DNA of 32,000 nt from assembly GCF_000406145.1 (NCBI RefSeq), contig NZ_CM001976.1:2861337-2893336 (forward strand), written 5' to 3'. Each line of letters begins with the position of its first letter. Position 1 is the first letter of the stretch. The notes beneath the pieces were generated by a model that was not told where the DNA came from, ran no database searches, and was given only the letters and a program-made list of their open reading frames with translations. Shown here in pieces: positions 10,345 through 18,754 of the stretch. Both the position numbers and the translations under genes were made by a program. This DNA comes from Dickeya dadantii NCPPB 898. Its GTDB lineage: Bacteria; Pseudomonadota; Gammaproteobacteria; Enterobacterales; Enterobacteriaceae.

Positions 10345-11343
10345 TTAGTGCGTCGGGGATGTCACCACCGCCGATATCGGCGCCCCCTGCTGTTGCAGCG
10401 CCGGCTGATGAGGAACGTTCTGCCCGGTATTGACCAGCACCGGCATGCCGGAACGGCGCACAATGGCGTGTTGAGCCGCTTCGGCGTCGGTATCGTCATG
10501 GTGGATAAAGGCTTTCACCTTCTGGTTCAGCGCAATCGGCATGGTCTGCGGATCGTCCTTATCGGTTCGCGACAACGGCTGATGCACTTCCACATAGCGT
10601 TTCCCGTCAGGTTCCACCGCAATCTTGATCGGTTCATTGATGATCTGTACCCGGGTACCTACCGGCGCGTCATTAAATAGCGCTTCAATATCTTCCGGGC
10701 GCAGGCGGATACAACCGGAACTCACCCGCATACCGATACCAAAATCGGCATTGGTGCCATGAATCGAATACACGCCGCCGCTTTTCTCCAGCCGTAACGC
10801 GAACAATCCCATCGGATTATCCGGCCCACCTGGCACCATCGCCGGCAACGTGATCCCTTGTTCCTTATAATGGCGCCGTGTATTGGCGGTGGGGATCCAG
10901 GTCGGGTTTGGGCGCCGCTCAATAACATGGGTCACCATCACCGGCGTATTACGGCCAAGCTGACCGATACCGATCGGATAGACGATCACCGTATTTTTCC
11001 CTTTCGGGAAATAGTACAACCGCAGTTCCGCCAGATTGACCACAATCCCCTCACGTGGCGTATCGGGCAGCAGCATCTGCAACGGAATGGTCAGGTTTGA
11101 GCCGGGCTTGGGCAGGTAGGGGTCGGTGCCGGGGTTGGCTTCCAGCATGCCGAGCAGGCCAATTTTGAATTTGGCGGCGATGGTTTCCAGCGGGTGCCCG
11201 TCATTGGGTACGGTATAGGTAATATTTTCCCCGATCAGTCGACTGTCAGGGGGTGGCAGAGGATATTCCGTCGCACTGGCAGGCTGCATGCCCGCCAGAC
11301 AGGAGGTAAACAATAATCCCACCAAAGTAAGCGCACGTTTCAT
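10345..11343 (-). CDS. ldtE: L,D-transpeptidase (LysM + YkuD domains), 332 aa
   Basis: Signal peptide, LysM-like segment, catalytic motif SSGCIRL. Position between lpp and sufE matches E. coli ldtE (ynhG). Confidence 0.88.
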   Translation of the reverse strand: MKRALTLVGLLFTSCLAGMQPASATEYPLPPPDSRLIGENITYTVPNDGHPLETIAAKFKIGLLGMLEANPGTDPYLPKPGSNLTIPLQMLLPDTPREGIVVNLAELRLYYFPKGKNTVIVYPIGIGQLGRNTPVMVTHVIERRPNPTWIPTANTRRHYKEQGITLPAMVPGGPDNPMGLFALRLEKSGGVYSIHGTNADFGIGMRVSSGCIRLRPEDIEALFNDAPVGTRVQIINEPIKIAVEPDGKRYVEVHQPLSRTDKDDPQTMPIALNQKVKAFIHHDDTDAEAAQHAIVRRSGMPVLVNTGQNVPHQPALQQQGAPISAVVTSPTH

Positions 11344-11585
11344 TATCGGTTTCCTGTTTTACTGCTGAAGATCGGGTGAGCGCCAGAGCGCAACACAGGG
11401 TTACGCCCTAACAAAGCGCGGGTGAATCGCCGTTGGCAGACACCTTCTTTCTTATTTCTTATCAATAGGTTGAATCTCTTTTCATCATTGGAGGTTCCCA
11501 AGGATAAAAGCAGGGTAGCAGGAAATCCACCGGATGGATTCTGAAATGTGACGTATCAGGGCACGGGAACCGCGCCCTGCGGGCG

Positions 11586-12002
11586 TTATATCAATGCGGA
11601 CGCACGCGCTCGTACGGCGCGCAGCATGGCTTCCAACCCTTGCGATCGTGATGGCGTCAGGTGCTGGGTCAGCGCCAGCGACGCGAAGAAAGGACGCACG
11701 TCCAGCTCGACAATCTCCCGGGCGGACAGCCCCTGATACAGGCTGAATACGATGGCAATCAATCCCTTGACGATTGCGGCATCGCTATCGCCGTGCAGCA
11801 CCACTTTGCCCTGCTCATCACTTGCCAGATCGATCCACACCTGACTCTGGCAGCCGGATACCCGGTTGCCGTCCTGACGCTGCGCGTCGCTCAGCGGCGT
11901 CAGACCGGCGCCCAGTTCAATGATATAGAGGTACTTCTCTTCCCAGTTGCTGCAACGGGAAAAATTCCGCAGTAATTTCTGCGGATCCGGCAGTTGCGCC
12001 AT
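11586..12002 (-). CDS. sufE: Cysteine desulfuration protein SufE, 138 aa
   Basis: [31 protein letters not shown]...GCQSQVWI aligns with E. coli SufE (MALLPDKEKLLRNF...). Start set at ATG 12002. Three further in-frame ATGs lie upstream in a tandem repeat. Confidence 0.93.
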   Translation of the reverse strand: MAQLPDPQKLLRNFSRCSNWEEKYLYIIELGAGLTPLSDAQRQDGNRVSGCQSQVWIDLASDEQGKVVLHGDSDAAIVKGLIAIVFSLYQGLSAREIVELDVRPFFASLALTQHLTPSRSQGLEAMLRAVRARASALI

Positions 12003-12050
12003 AACCCTTTTCTCCATAACCATTCGCGCCGTAACCATTTGCGCCGTAAC
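11991..12050 (-). repeat. 15-nt tandem array, 4 units, the last containing the sufE start codon
   Basis: Minus strand: GTTACGGCGCAAATG / GTTACGGCGCGAATG / GTTATGGAGAAAAGG / GTTATGGCGCAACTG. Confidence 0.9.
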
Positions 12051-12085
12051 AATGCTCCAGAAACCATCACTTTTCTGTCGTCGGC

Positions 12086-13324
12086 TTACTCGCCCAACAG
12101 ACGATGTATGCGGTGCAGTCCCGCCACCAGGCGGTCAATCTCATCCTGGCAGGAATAGAGCGCCAGCGATGCGCGGCACATGCTGGGCACGCCATAACGG
12201 CTCATCAGCGGCATGGCGCAATGGTGGCCGGTGCGAATGGCGATGCCGTACTGGTCGAGAAAGCTACCGACGTCAAAGGCGTGGTGGCGCCCCAGATTGA
12301 AAGCGATCACCCCCTGACGATGCGCCGGGCCGTACAGGCGGAGCGTCGGCACTTCGGCCAACGACGCCAGCGCATAGCGCATCAGCAGGCCCTCATGCGC
12401 CTGAATCGCATCAACCCCCAGCGCGGAGACATAATCCAGCGCCGCCCCCAGCCCGATAATCCCGGCGACATGCGGCGAGCCCGCCTCAAAGCGCCACGGC
12501 GGATCGGCATAGGTGGTGCCCTGCGTCAGGCTGACGTCGCGGATCATGGCGCCGCCGCCTTCCCACGGCGGCATTGCCTGCAGCAGTTCGCTTTTGCCGT
12601 ACAGTACGCCAATGCCTGACGGTCCGTACAGCTTATGGCCGGAAAACGCGTAGAAATCGCAATCCAGCGCCTGCACGTCCACGGCCTGGTGCATCACCGC
12701 CTGCGCGCCATCCACCAGCACTTTCGCCCCGCAGGCATGCGCCTGACGGATGATCTCCGCCAGCGGGTTAACCGTACCCAGCACGTTGGAAACCTGCGTC
12801 ACCGCCACCAGCCGGGTGCGTTCATCCAGTAACGCCGGCAGTTGCGCCATGTCCAGTTCGCCGTCATCGGTGATCGGCAGTACCCGCAGCGTCAGCCCAC
12901 GCGCCTGCGCCAGCATTTGCCAGGGCACAATGTTGGCGTGGTGCTCCATTTCGCTGATCACCAGGTTATCACCGGGCTGAAACGCGGTACGCCCGTAACT
13001 GTTGGCCACCAGATTGATGGCTTCGGTGGTGCCGCGCACAAACACGATGTCTTCCGCCGAAGCGGCATGAATAAAGGTGGCGACCTTCGCCCTCACCTCC
13101 TCCATCGCGCTGGTGGCGCGGGCGCTCAGCGTATGGATGCCACGGTGCACCGCCGCGTACTCGTGCAGGTAGAAATCCCGTTCACGGTCGATAACCACCA
13201 GCGGTTTCTGCGCGCTGGCGGCGCTGTCCAGGTAGGCCAGCGGCTGTCCGTTGACCGATTGCTGCAAAATCGGGAAATCCGCCCGCACCCGATCGATAGG
13301 ATAATGTTCGACAGGATAATTCAC
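12086..13324 (-). CDS. sufS: Cysteine desulfurase SufS (PLP-dependent), 412 aa
   Basis: Full-length similarity to E. coli SufS (...[13 protein letters not shown]...FSGHKLYGP...[10 protein letters not shown]...). Confidence 0.96.
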   Translation of the reverse strand: MNYPVEHYPIDRVRADFPILQQSVNGQPLAYLDSAASAQKPLVVIDRERDFYLHEYAAVHRGIHTLSARATSAMEEVRAKVATFIHAASAEDIVFVRGTTEAINLVANSYGRTAFQPGDNLVISEMEHHANIVPWQMLAQARGLTLRVLPITDDGELDMAQLPALLDERTRLVAVTQVSNVLGTVNPLAEIIRQAHACGAKVLVDGAQAVMHQAVDVQALDCDFYAFSGHKLYGPSGIGVLYGKSELLQAMPPWEGGGAMIRDVSLTQGTTYADPPWRFEAGSPHVAGIIGLGAALDYVSALGVDAIQAHEGLLMRYALASLAEVPTLRLYGPAHRQGVIAFNLGRHHAFDVGSFLDQYGIAIRTGHHCAMPLMSRYGVPSMCRASLALYSCQDEIDRLVAGLHRIHRLLGE

Positions 13325-14613
13325 GCTATTTCTCCTCCCAGTGCCTGCAGACGCTGGGCCACTCGCTCCAGCACCGCATCACGCAGCGCGTCATAGCGGA
13401 TCGCCTCCGTTAGTTCGGCGGCAAACGCGAAGATAATCATCTGTTGCGCCGCCTGTTCGCCGATACCGCGTGAACGCAGATAAAACAATTGCTCTTCGTC
13501 GATGCGCCCGACCGTCGCGCCGTGGCTGCATTTCACGTCATCGGCGTAGATTTCCAGCTGAGGTTTGGTGTCCACCTCAGCCAGTCGCCCCAACAACAGG
13601 TTGTTGTTGGTCATCTTGCCGTCGGTCTTCAGCGCGCCGGGCGCCACCTTGATCAGCCCGTTAAACACGCCGCGCGCCCGATCGCGCACAATCGCCTTAT
13701 GCAACTGGCGGCTTTCGCCGAACCCCTGATTGTGTTCCAGATACGTACGGGTATCGCACACCTCGTTGCCGGTCGGCACCATCAGGCTGTTCATCGACAG
13801 CGTCACGCCTTCGCCGTTCATCTGCGCGCTGGTGTGATGGCGGGTCAGCCCGGCGCCCAGCAGAAAACTGTGGCTGTGCAGTTGAGCGGCCCGCGCCAGA
13901 CGTAAATCATTGTGGGCGAAGTGATAACTGTCGGCGGCTTCGAACCCCAGCTTGTAGTGCTCGGTGCGGCTGTTTTCACCCGCGTCGATAGTCAGGCGCG
14001 CGCCGCTAAAGTGAGCGGCGCCTTCCAGACTGGCGTAATGCTCTATCAGCGTCGCGCTGGCGCCTTCGCCGATGCGCGCATGATGGCGATAATGCAGCGT
14101 GTTGAGCGCCGCCGGCCGGCCACTGCTGATATGCAGCAGATAGAGCGGCTTCTCCGCCGTCACGCCGTTGTCGACCTGAATCAGCGTCTGTTCCGCCGCC
14201 AGGCTTTCCGTCAGGTGCAAAAACACCTCCGGCTGAATTGGCGGCAAACCAGACTGCCGCCGGGCCGACGGAATCACCGCCACCTGATACGGCCCGGTGT
14301 CGGCGTCGCTCAACGCACGGCTGTAGCGCCCGTCGACAAACACCAGTCGCCAGCCATCGACCGGCAACGCCAGCGCGTCGCGCTGCGCCGACGTGACCGC
14401 GCTTTCGGTCGCTGCCGTGGCGAATTCATGCTCAAGCAACCGCTCCAGCGGCGTATATTTCCAGTGCTCCAGCTTGCGGTGGGGAATCCCCAGTTGCATG
14501 ACCTGTTGCCAGTGCTGCCGCGCCTCATCGGCGCGCGGTGCCGCGGTGTCGAACAGGCGTTGCCACTGTTGCAGCGCCTGTTGCGCTTTACTGTTGGTCG
14601 GTAAGCCAGCCAT
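13321..14613 (-). CDS. sufD: Fe-S cluster assembly protein SufD, 430 aa
   Basis: [17 protein letters not shown]... and the C-terminal ...[27 protein letters not shown]... match SufD. Stop overlaps the sufS start (ATGA). Confidence 0.95.
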   Translation of the reverse strand: MAGLPTNSKAQQALQQWQRLFDTAAPRADEARQHWQQVMQLGIPHRKLEHWKYTPLERLLEHEFATAATESAVTSAQRDALALPVDGWRLVFVDGRYSRALSDADTGPYQVAVIPSARRQSGLPPIQPEVFLHLTESLAAEQTLIQVDNGVTAEKPLYLLHISSGRPAALNTLHYRHHARIGEGASATLIEHYASLEGAAHFSGARLTIDAGENSRTEHYKLGFEAADSYHFAHNDLRLARAAQLHSHSFLLGAGLTRHHTSAQMNGEGVTLSMNSLMVPTGNEVCDTRTYLEHNQGFGESRQLHKAIVRDRARGVFNGLIKVAPGALKTDGKMTNNNLLLGRLAEVDTKPQLEIYADDVKCSHGATVGRIDEEQLFYLRSRGIGEQAAQQMIIFAFAAELTEAIRYDALRDAVLERVAQRLQALGGEIA

Positions 14614-15334
14614 AGCCCTGCTCCTCCAACTGTTTCACCAGCGAGAAATCCCCGGATTTCACAATCCGCCCCTGATAGAGCACGTGCACGTAATCCGGCC
14701 GAATGTAATCCAGAATGCGCTGGTAATGGGTGACAATGATGAAAGCGCGCTTGCCGTCGCGCAGCGCGTTAACGCCGCCGGAAACGATTTTCAGCGCGTC
14801 GATGTCCAGCCCGGAGTCGGTTTCATCCAGAATGCACAGTTCCGGCTCCAGCACCGCCATTTGCAGGATATCGTTGCGTTTTTTCTCGCCGCCGGAAAAA
14901 CCGACGTTGACCGAGCGCGTCAGCAGGTCGTCCGGCATGTTCAGCAACCGGATTTTGTCGTCGATGAAATCTTCAAAGTCGAATCGGTCCAGCGTCGGTT
15001 GCTGGCGATAGGCGCGCACGGCGTTCAGCGCGGTTTGCAGGAAAAAGCGATTGCTGACGCCGGGGATCTCCACCGGGTACTGAAACGCCATGAAGATCCC
15101 TTCGCCGGCCCGTTCCTCCGGCGACAGTTCCAGCAGATCTTTGCCCTTGAAACGCAGCGAACCGCCGGTGACCTCATAGTCCTCACGCCCGGCCAGCGTG
15201 GCGGACAGCGTGCTCTTGCCCGAGCCGTTCGGCCCCATGATGGCGTGGACCTCGCCCGGATTGACCTGTAGGTTCAACCCGTTGATGATCGGTTTGTCTT
15301 CGACGCTGACGTTCAAGTTTTCAATCGTTAACAT
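14588..15334 (-). CDS. sufC: Fe-S cluster assembly ATPase SufC, 248 aa
   Basis: MLTIENLNVSVEDKPIINGLNLQVNPGEVHAIMGPNGSGKSTL... matches E. coli SufC at the same length. Start ATG 15334, not 15433. Confidence 0.96.
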   Translation of the reverse strand: MLTIENLNVSVEDKPIINGLNLQVNPGEVHAIMGPNGSGKSTLSATLAGREDYEVTGGSLRFKGKDLLELSPEERAGEGIFMAFQYPVEIPGVSNRFFLQTALNAVRAYRQQPTLDRFDFEDFIDDKIRLLNMPDDLLTRSVNVGFSGGEKKRNDILQMAVLEPELCILDETDSGLDIDALKIVSGGVNALRDGKRAFIIVTHYQRILDYIRPDYVHVLYQGRIVKSGDFSLVKQLEEQGYGWLTDQQ

Positions 15335-15422
15335 ACTCTTACCCTTCCGGCGTCTTACCCGACGCTCATGATTATCGGCACCGCAACGCGGTGCATGGCG
15401 TGCCGTGGCGTTGGCGCATTCA

Positions 15423-16922
15423 TCAGCCCACACTGTGTTCGAGGCTGATGGACAACAATTTCTGGGCTTCCACCGCGAACTCCAGCGGCAGCTCCGAGAA
15501 CACGTCTTTGCAGAAACCGTTCACGATCATCGAGATGGCATCGTCTTCACTGATGCCGCGCTGCAGGCAATAGAACAGTTGATCCTCGCCGATACGCGAG
15601 GTGGTGGCTTCGTGTTCCAGCTGCGCGCTGTTGTTTCTCACCTCCACGTAGGGGAAGGTGTGCGCGCCGCAGTCACCGCCGATCAGCATCGAGTCGCACT
15701 GGGTGAAATTGCGCGCGTTGGTGGCGCTGGGCATGATCTTCACCAACCCACGATAGGTGTTCTCGCTGTGCCCGGCGGAAATCCCCTTGGCGATGATGGT
15801 CGAACGGGTGTTCTTACCGATATGGATCATCTTGGTGCCGGTATCCGCCTGCTGGTGGCCGCTGGTCAGCGCCACCGAGAAGAACTCACCCACCGAGTAG
15901 TCGCCGCGCAGGATCACGCTCGGGTATTTCCAGGTGATCGCCGAGCCGGTTTCCGATTGCGTCCACGACATGCGCGAATGGTCGCCGGCACACAGCGCGC
16001 GTTTAGTCACGAAGTTGAGAATGCCGCCTTCGCTGCCCTGACCGGCGAACCAGTTCTGCACCGTGGAATATTTCACTTCGGCATTTTTGTTGACGATCAC
16101 CTCCACCACCGCCGCATGCAGTTGGTAACTGTCGCGCACCGGCGCCGAACAACCCTCGATATAACTGACGTAGCTGTCGTCGTCGGCAATCAGAATGGTG
16201 CGCTCGAACTGACCGGTCTTGGCGGCGTTGATGCGAAAGTAGGTCGACAGTTCCATCGGGCAACGCACCCCTTTCGGGATGTAAACGAAGGTACCGTCCG
16301 AAGCCACGGCGGCGTTTAACGCGGCAAAGAAATTGTCGTTGGCAGGCACCACCGTGCCCAGATACTGGCGCACCAGCTCCGGATGCGCCTGAATTGCTTC
16401 GCTGAACGAACAGAAGATAATGCCCTGCTGCGCCAGCTCATCCCGATAAGTGGTGGCGACGGACACCGAATCGAAAATGGCGTCGACCGCTACGTCTTTA
16501 CCCTCCCGTACCGGTACGCCCAGTTTGTCGAAAGCGTCTTCCACCTCGCGGGTTAGATAATTACCGTGAGCGGCATCGCCGGCCGGCTGTTGCTGCGCGC
16601 CCGGCTGGGAACCGCAGTTGTCGTCGCACTGCCCGCAGGAAGGCGCGGAGTAATAGCTGTAGTCCTGATAGTTCAGCCGCTCATAGTGCGCCTTCAGCCA
16701 GTGAGGTTCTTCCATCTGCAACCAGGCACGATAGGCGCTGAGTCGAAACTCTAGCATCCACTCCGGTTCATTGCGTCTGGCGGAAATCGCCCGCACCACG
16801 TCTTCATTGATGCCATGGGCCAGTTGATCCATCGCCAGCTCGGTGAAAAAGCCTTCTTTATAACGGCCGTCATCGAGCCAGGTCTGGACATCGTCGGATA
16901 CGTCTACATTGCTACGCGCCAT
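15423..16922 (-). CDS. sufB: Fe-S cluster assembly scaffold SufB, 499 aa
   Basis: [15 protein letters not shown]...[10 protein letters not shown]...[14 protein letters not shown]... is collinear with E. coli SufB. Start ATG 16922, not 16961. Confidence 0.96.
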   Translation of the reverse strand: MARSNVDVSDDVQTWLDDGRYKEGFFTELAMDQLAHGINEDVVRAISARRNEPEWMLEFRLSAYRAWLQMEEPHWLKAHYERLNYQDYSYYSAPSCGQCDDNCGSQPGAQQQPAGDAAHGNYLTREVEDAFDKLGVPVREGKDVAVDAIFDSVSVATTYRDELAQQGIIFCSFSEAIQAHPELVRQYLGTVVPANDNFFAALNAAVASDGTFVYIPKGVRCPMELSTYFRINAAKTGQFERTILIADDDSYVSYIEGCSAPVRDSYQLHAAVVEVIVNKNAEVKYSTVQNWFAGQGSEGGILNFVTKRALCAGDHSRMSWTQSETGSAITWKYPSVILRGDYSVGEFFSVALTSGHQQADTGTKMIHIGKNTRSTIIAKGISAGHSENTYRGLVKIMPSATNARNFTQCDSMLIGGDCGAHTFPYVEVRNNSAQLEHEATTSRIGEDQLFYCLQRGISEDDAISMIVNGFCKDVFSELPLEFAVEAQKLLSISLEHSVG

Positions 16923-16936
16923 AATCGTGTCGCCGC

Positions 16937-17308
16937 TTAAAGCCCAAAACTTTCGCCACACCCACAGGCATGGCGGGCTTTTGGGTTGTTGAATTTGAAT
17001 ACCTGATTGATGCCTTCCTGCACAAAATCCACTTCCGTACCGTCGAGAAACGGCATCGCCTTGAGCGGAATGAACAGCCGCGCGCCTTCGCGCTGATAGA
17101 GCCGATCGGTGGGATCAGGCTGATGTACCAGTTCCAGTACGTAACCGAACCCCGCACAACCGGACTGTTTAACCGCCAGCCGAATGCCCTGCACCGATTC
17201 ATCCCGTCGCATCAGGTTACTGATATGGGCCACGGCGCTATCGGTCAGCGTCAATCCCTGCCATGCCTGTTCGTCCAGTGAAAAAGTTTCTACATCGTGC
17301 GTTTGCAT
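16937..17308 (-). CDS. sufA: Fe-S cluster A-type carrier SufA, 123 aa
   Basis: ...[13 protein letters not shown]...[16 protein letters not shown] carries the A-type carrier Cys motifs. Start ATG 17308 with a GAGGTG SD, not 17374. Confidence 0.94.
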   Translation of the reverse strand: MQTHDVETFSLDEQAWQGLTLTDSAVAHISNLMRRDESVQGIRLAVKQSGCAGFGYVLELVHQPDPTDRLYQREGARLFIPLKAMPFLDGTEVDFVQEGINQVFKFNNPKARHACGCGESFGL

Positions 17309-17429
17309 CGGGATCACCTCGTTTGCTGTTATTGCCCCCCTGCACGGCAGGCTGTGATACCGACCGCATGACATCCGTTTTCTTCCGGTTGATTGATTCG
17401 GATATCGATACTGTCAGGACTCATACAAT

Positions 17430-17448
17430 GTTAATGATAATTATTACT
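17430..17448. promoter_or_regulatory. Fur box upstream of sufA
   Basis: GTTAATGATAATTATTACT matches 15/19 of GATAATGATAATCATTATC. The suf operon is Fur-repressed in E. coli and in Erwinia chrysanthemi/Dickeya. Confidence 0.6.
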
Positions 17449-17462
17449 ACATCAACCGTGTG

Positions 17463-17506
17463 ATTGTGGGGCTTTTCTCAATTAATTGTGGGGCTTTTCC
17501 CGGTTA
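17463..17506. repeat. 22-bp tandem duplication (ATTGTGGGGCTTTTC core) in the suf control region
   Basis: attgtggggcttttctcaatta / attgtggggcttttcccggtta. Confidence 0.85.
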
Positions 17507-17823
17507 CAGGTTCAAAACGTGCCATTCGCAACCGGTGTTTTCGCCGCTCGCCGCCCCGAAAACCAATAACTGACTATTGATATAGCAAAAATTGATAATT
17601 TATACCTATGGTTTTACCTGTTAGTGCTATCAACATTTTCTTATCATCAGTATAACACTCCTGAATCAGTCTATTTTCTGAACACCTGTGCCATGCAAAA
17701 AATTCTCCGCTGAAGGCACATGGCGATAAATCCGGCGCATCTCATGCAGAAAATGTGATCGCGATCGCCTCTTACCGGCAAATGCGCGCCGGAAACGTTG
17801 CGCGATGAGGCGCTTAAAAATAT

Positions 17824-17842
17824 GATAATGATTCTTATTTAA
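17824..17842. promoter_or_regulatory. Fur-like box upstream of the 133-aa ORF
   Basis: GATAATGATTCTTATTTAA matches 13/19 of the Fur consensus (the first 9 positions are perfect). Ends 18 nt before the ORF start. Confidence 0.45.
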
Positions 17843-17859
17843 TATGTGAGGTGCCGGAC

Positions 17860-18261
17860 ATGTTCCCGTTCAGAGCCTGGTTGCAGACGCAGATTGATGA
17901 CTACCGGCGACAGTTGCGTAATGCCACGATGGAGTTTTATCTGGCGGAGTTATCGCTGGAGCGGGATGACGGCGAGATTGGCGAATTGCGGCACTACTAC
18001 CTGACCGGTGTGCAAATGGCGGAACTGAGCCAACAGCAGGGCGACGAAAACAGTTACCTGTTCAGCCTGATCAAGATCCACCAGCGTTTGATTCATGAAA
18101 TCAACAATACCGAGCGCGACCACTTATTCCGGGTGCAGAGTTACTACTTTGCACGCCAGACGTTGCAGCACATTTGCACCCAGTTCAGCCTGATGGGTAA
18201 CTGGGACAAAGCCACCGCCTTCCAAACCGATTTTATGCAGCGGGTGGCTTTTATCCCCTGA
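17860..18261 (+). CDS. Hypothetical protein, 133 aa, no family recognised
   Basis: Uninterrupted ORF with host-like codon usage. GAGG SD at 17848..17851, then ATG 17860 (the track starts at GTG 17851). No signal peptide or TM segment. Divergent from sufA, convergent with menI. Confidence 0.6.
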   Translation: MFPFRAWLQTQIDDYRRQLRNATMEFYLAELSLERDDGEIGELRHYYLTGVQMAELSQQQGDENSYLFSLIKIHQRLIHEINNTERDHLFRVQSYYFARQTLQHICTQFSLMGNWDKATAFQTDFMQRVAFIP

Positions 18262-18331
18262 TGTCTACGCAGTGTAAGGGGCAAGCCCTGCCGGGCCAGA
18301 CGCTCGACAGGGAGTGATGAATGGCGGGAGA

Positions 18332-18754
18332 TCAGGCATCCGGCGTGATCACCGCCGTGGTTAGCCGTGAGGTGCAACAGAGCCGGTCACGGCTGTCAAA
18401 AATATCAATCTGCCAGACCTGCATCCGTTTGCCGGTGTGCAGCGCGCGGCACACGCCGCGCACCTCGCCTTCCGTCACCGCGCGCAGGTGGTTGGCGTTG
18501 ATTTCCACTCCCACTACCCGCTGCTCGCCCTCCGAACACAGATAGCCGGCGATCGACCCCAGCGATTCCGCCAGCGCTACCGATGCGCCGCCATGCAGCA
18601 GCCCGAAAGGTTGACGCGTGCGATGATCCACCGGCATCACGCCTTCCAGCGTATCGTCGGTCAGGCGCGTCATACGGATGCCGATATGGCCGGCCATGCC
18701 GTCGACCGCCATCTGATTCAACTGCTCAATATCTACGTTACGTTTCCACAGCAT
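18332..18754 (-). CDS. menI: 1,4-dihydroxy-2-naphthoyl-CoA hydrolase (PaaI/hotdog thioesterase), 140 aa
   Basis: MLWKRNVDIEQLNQM...QPFGLLHGGASVALAESLGS...EINANHLRA... matches E. coli YdiI/MenI. ATG 18754 overlaps the ydiJ stop (TGATG). Confidence 0.9.
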   Translation of the reverse strand: MLWKRNVDIEQLNQMAVDGMAGHIGIRMTRLTDDTLEGVMPVDHRTRQPFGLLHGGASVALAESLGSIAGYLCSEGEQRVVGVEINANHLRAVTEGEVRGVCRALHTGKRMQVWQIDIFDSRDRLCCTSRLTTAVITPDA

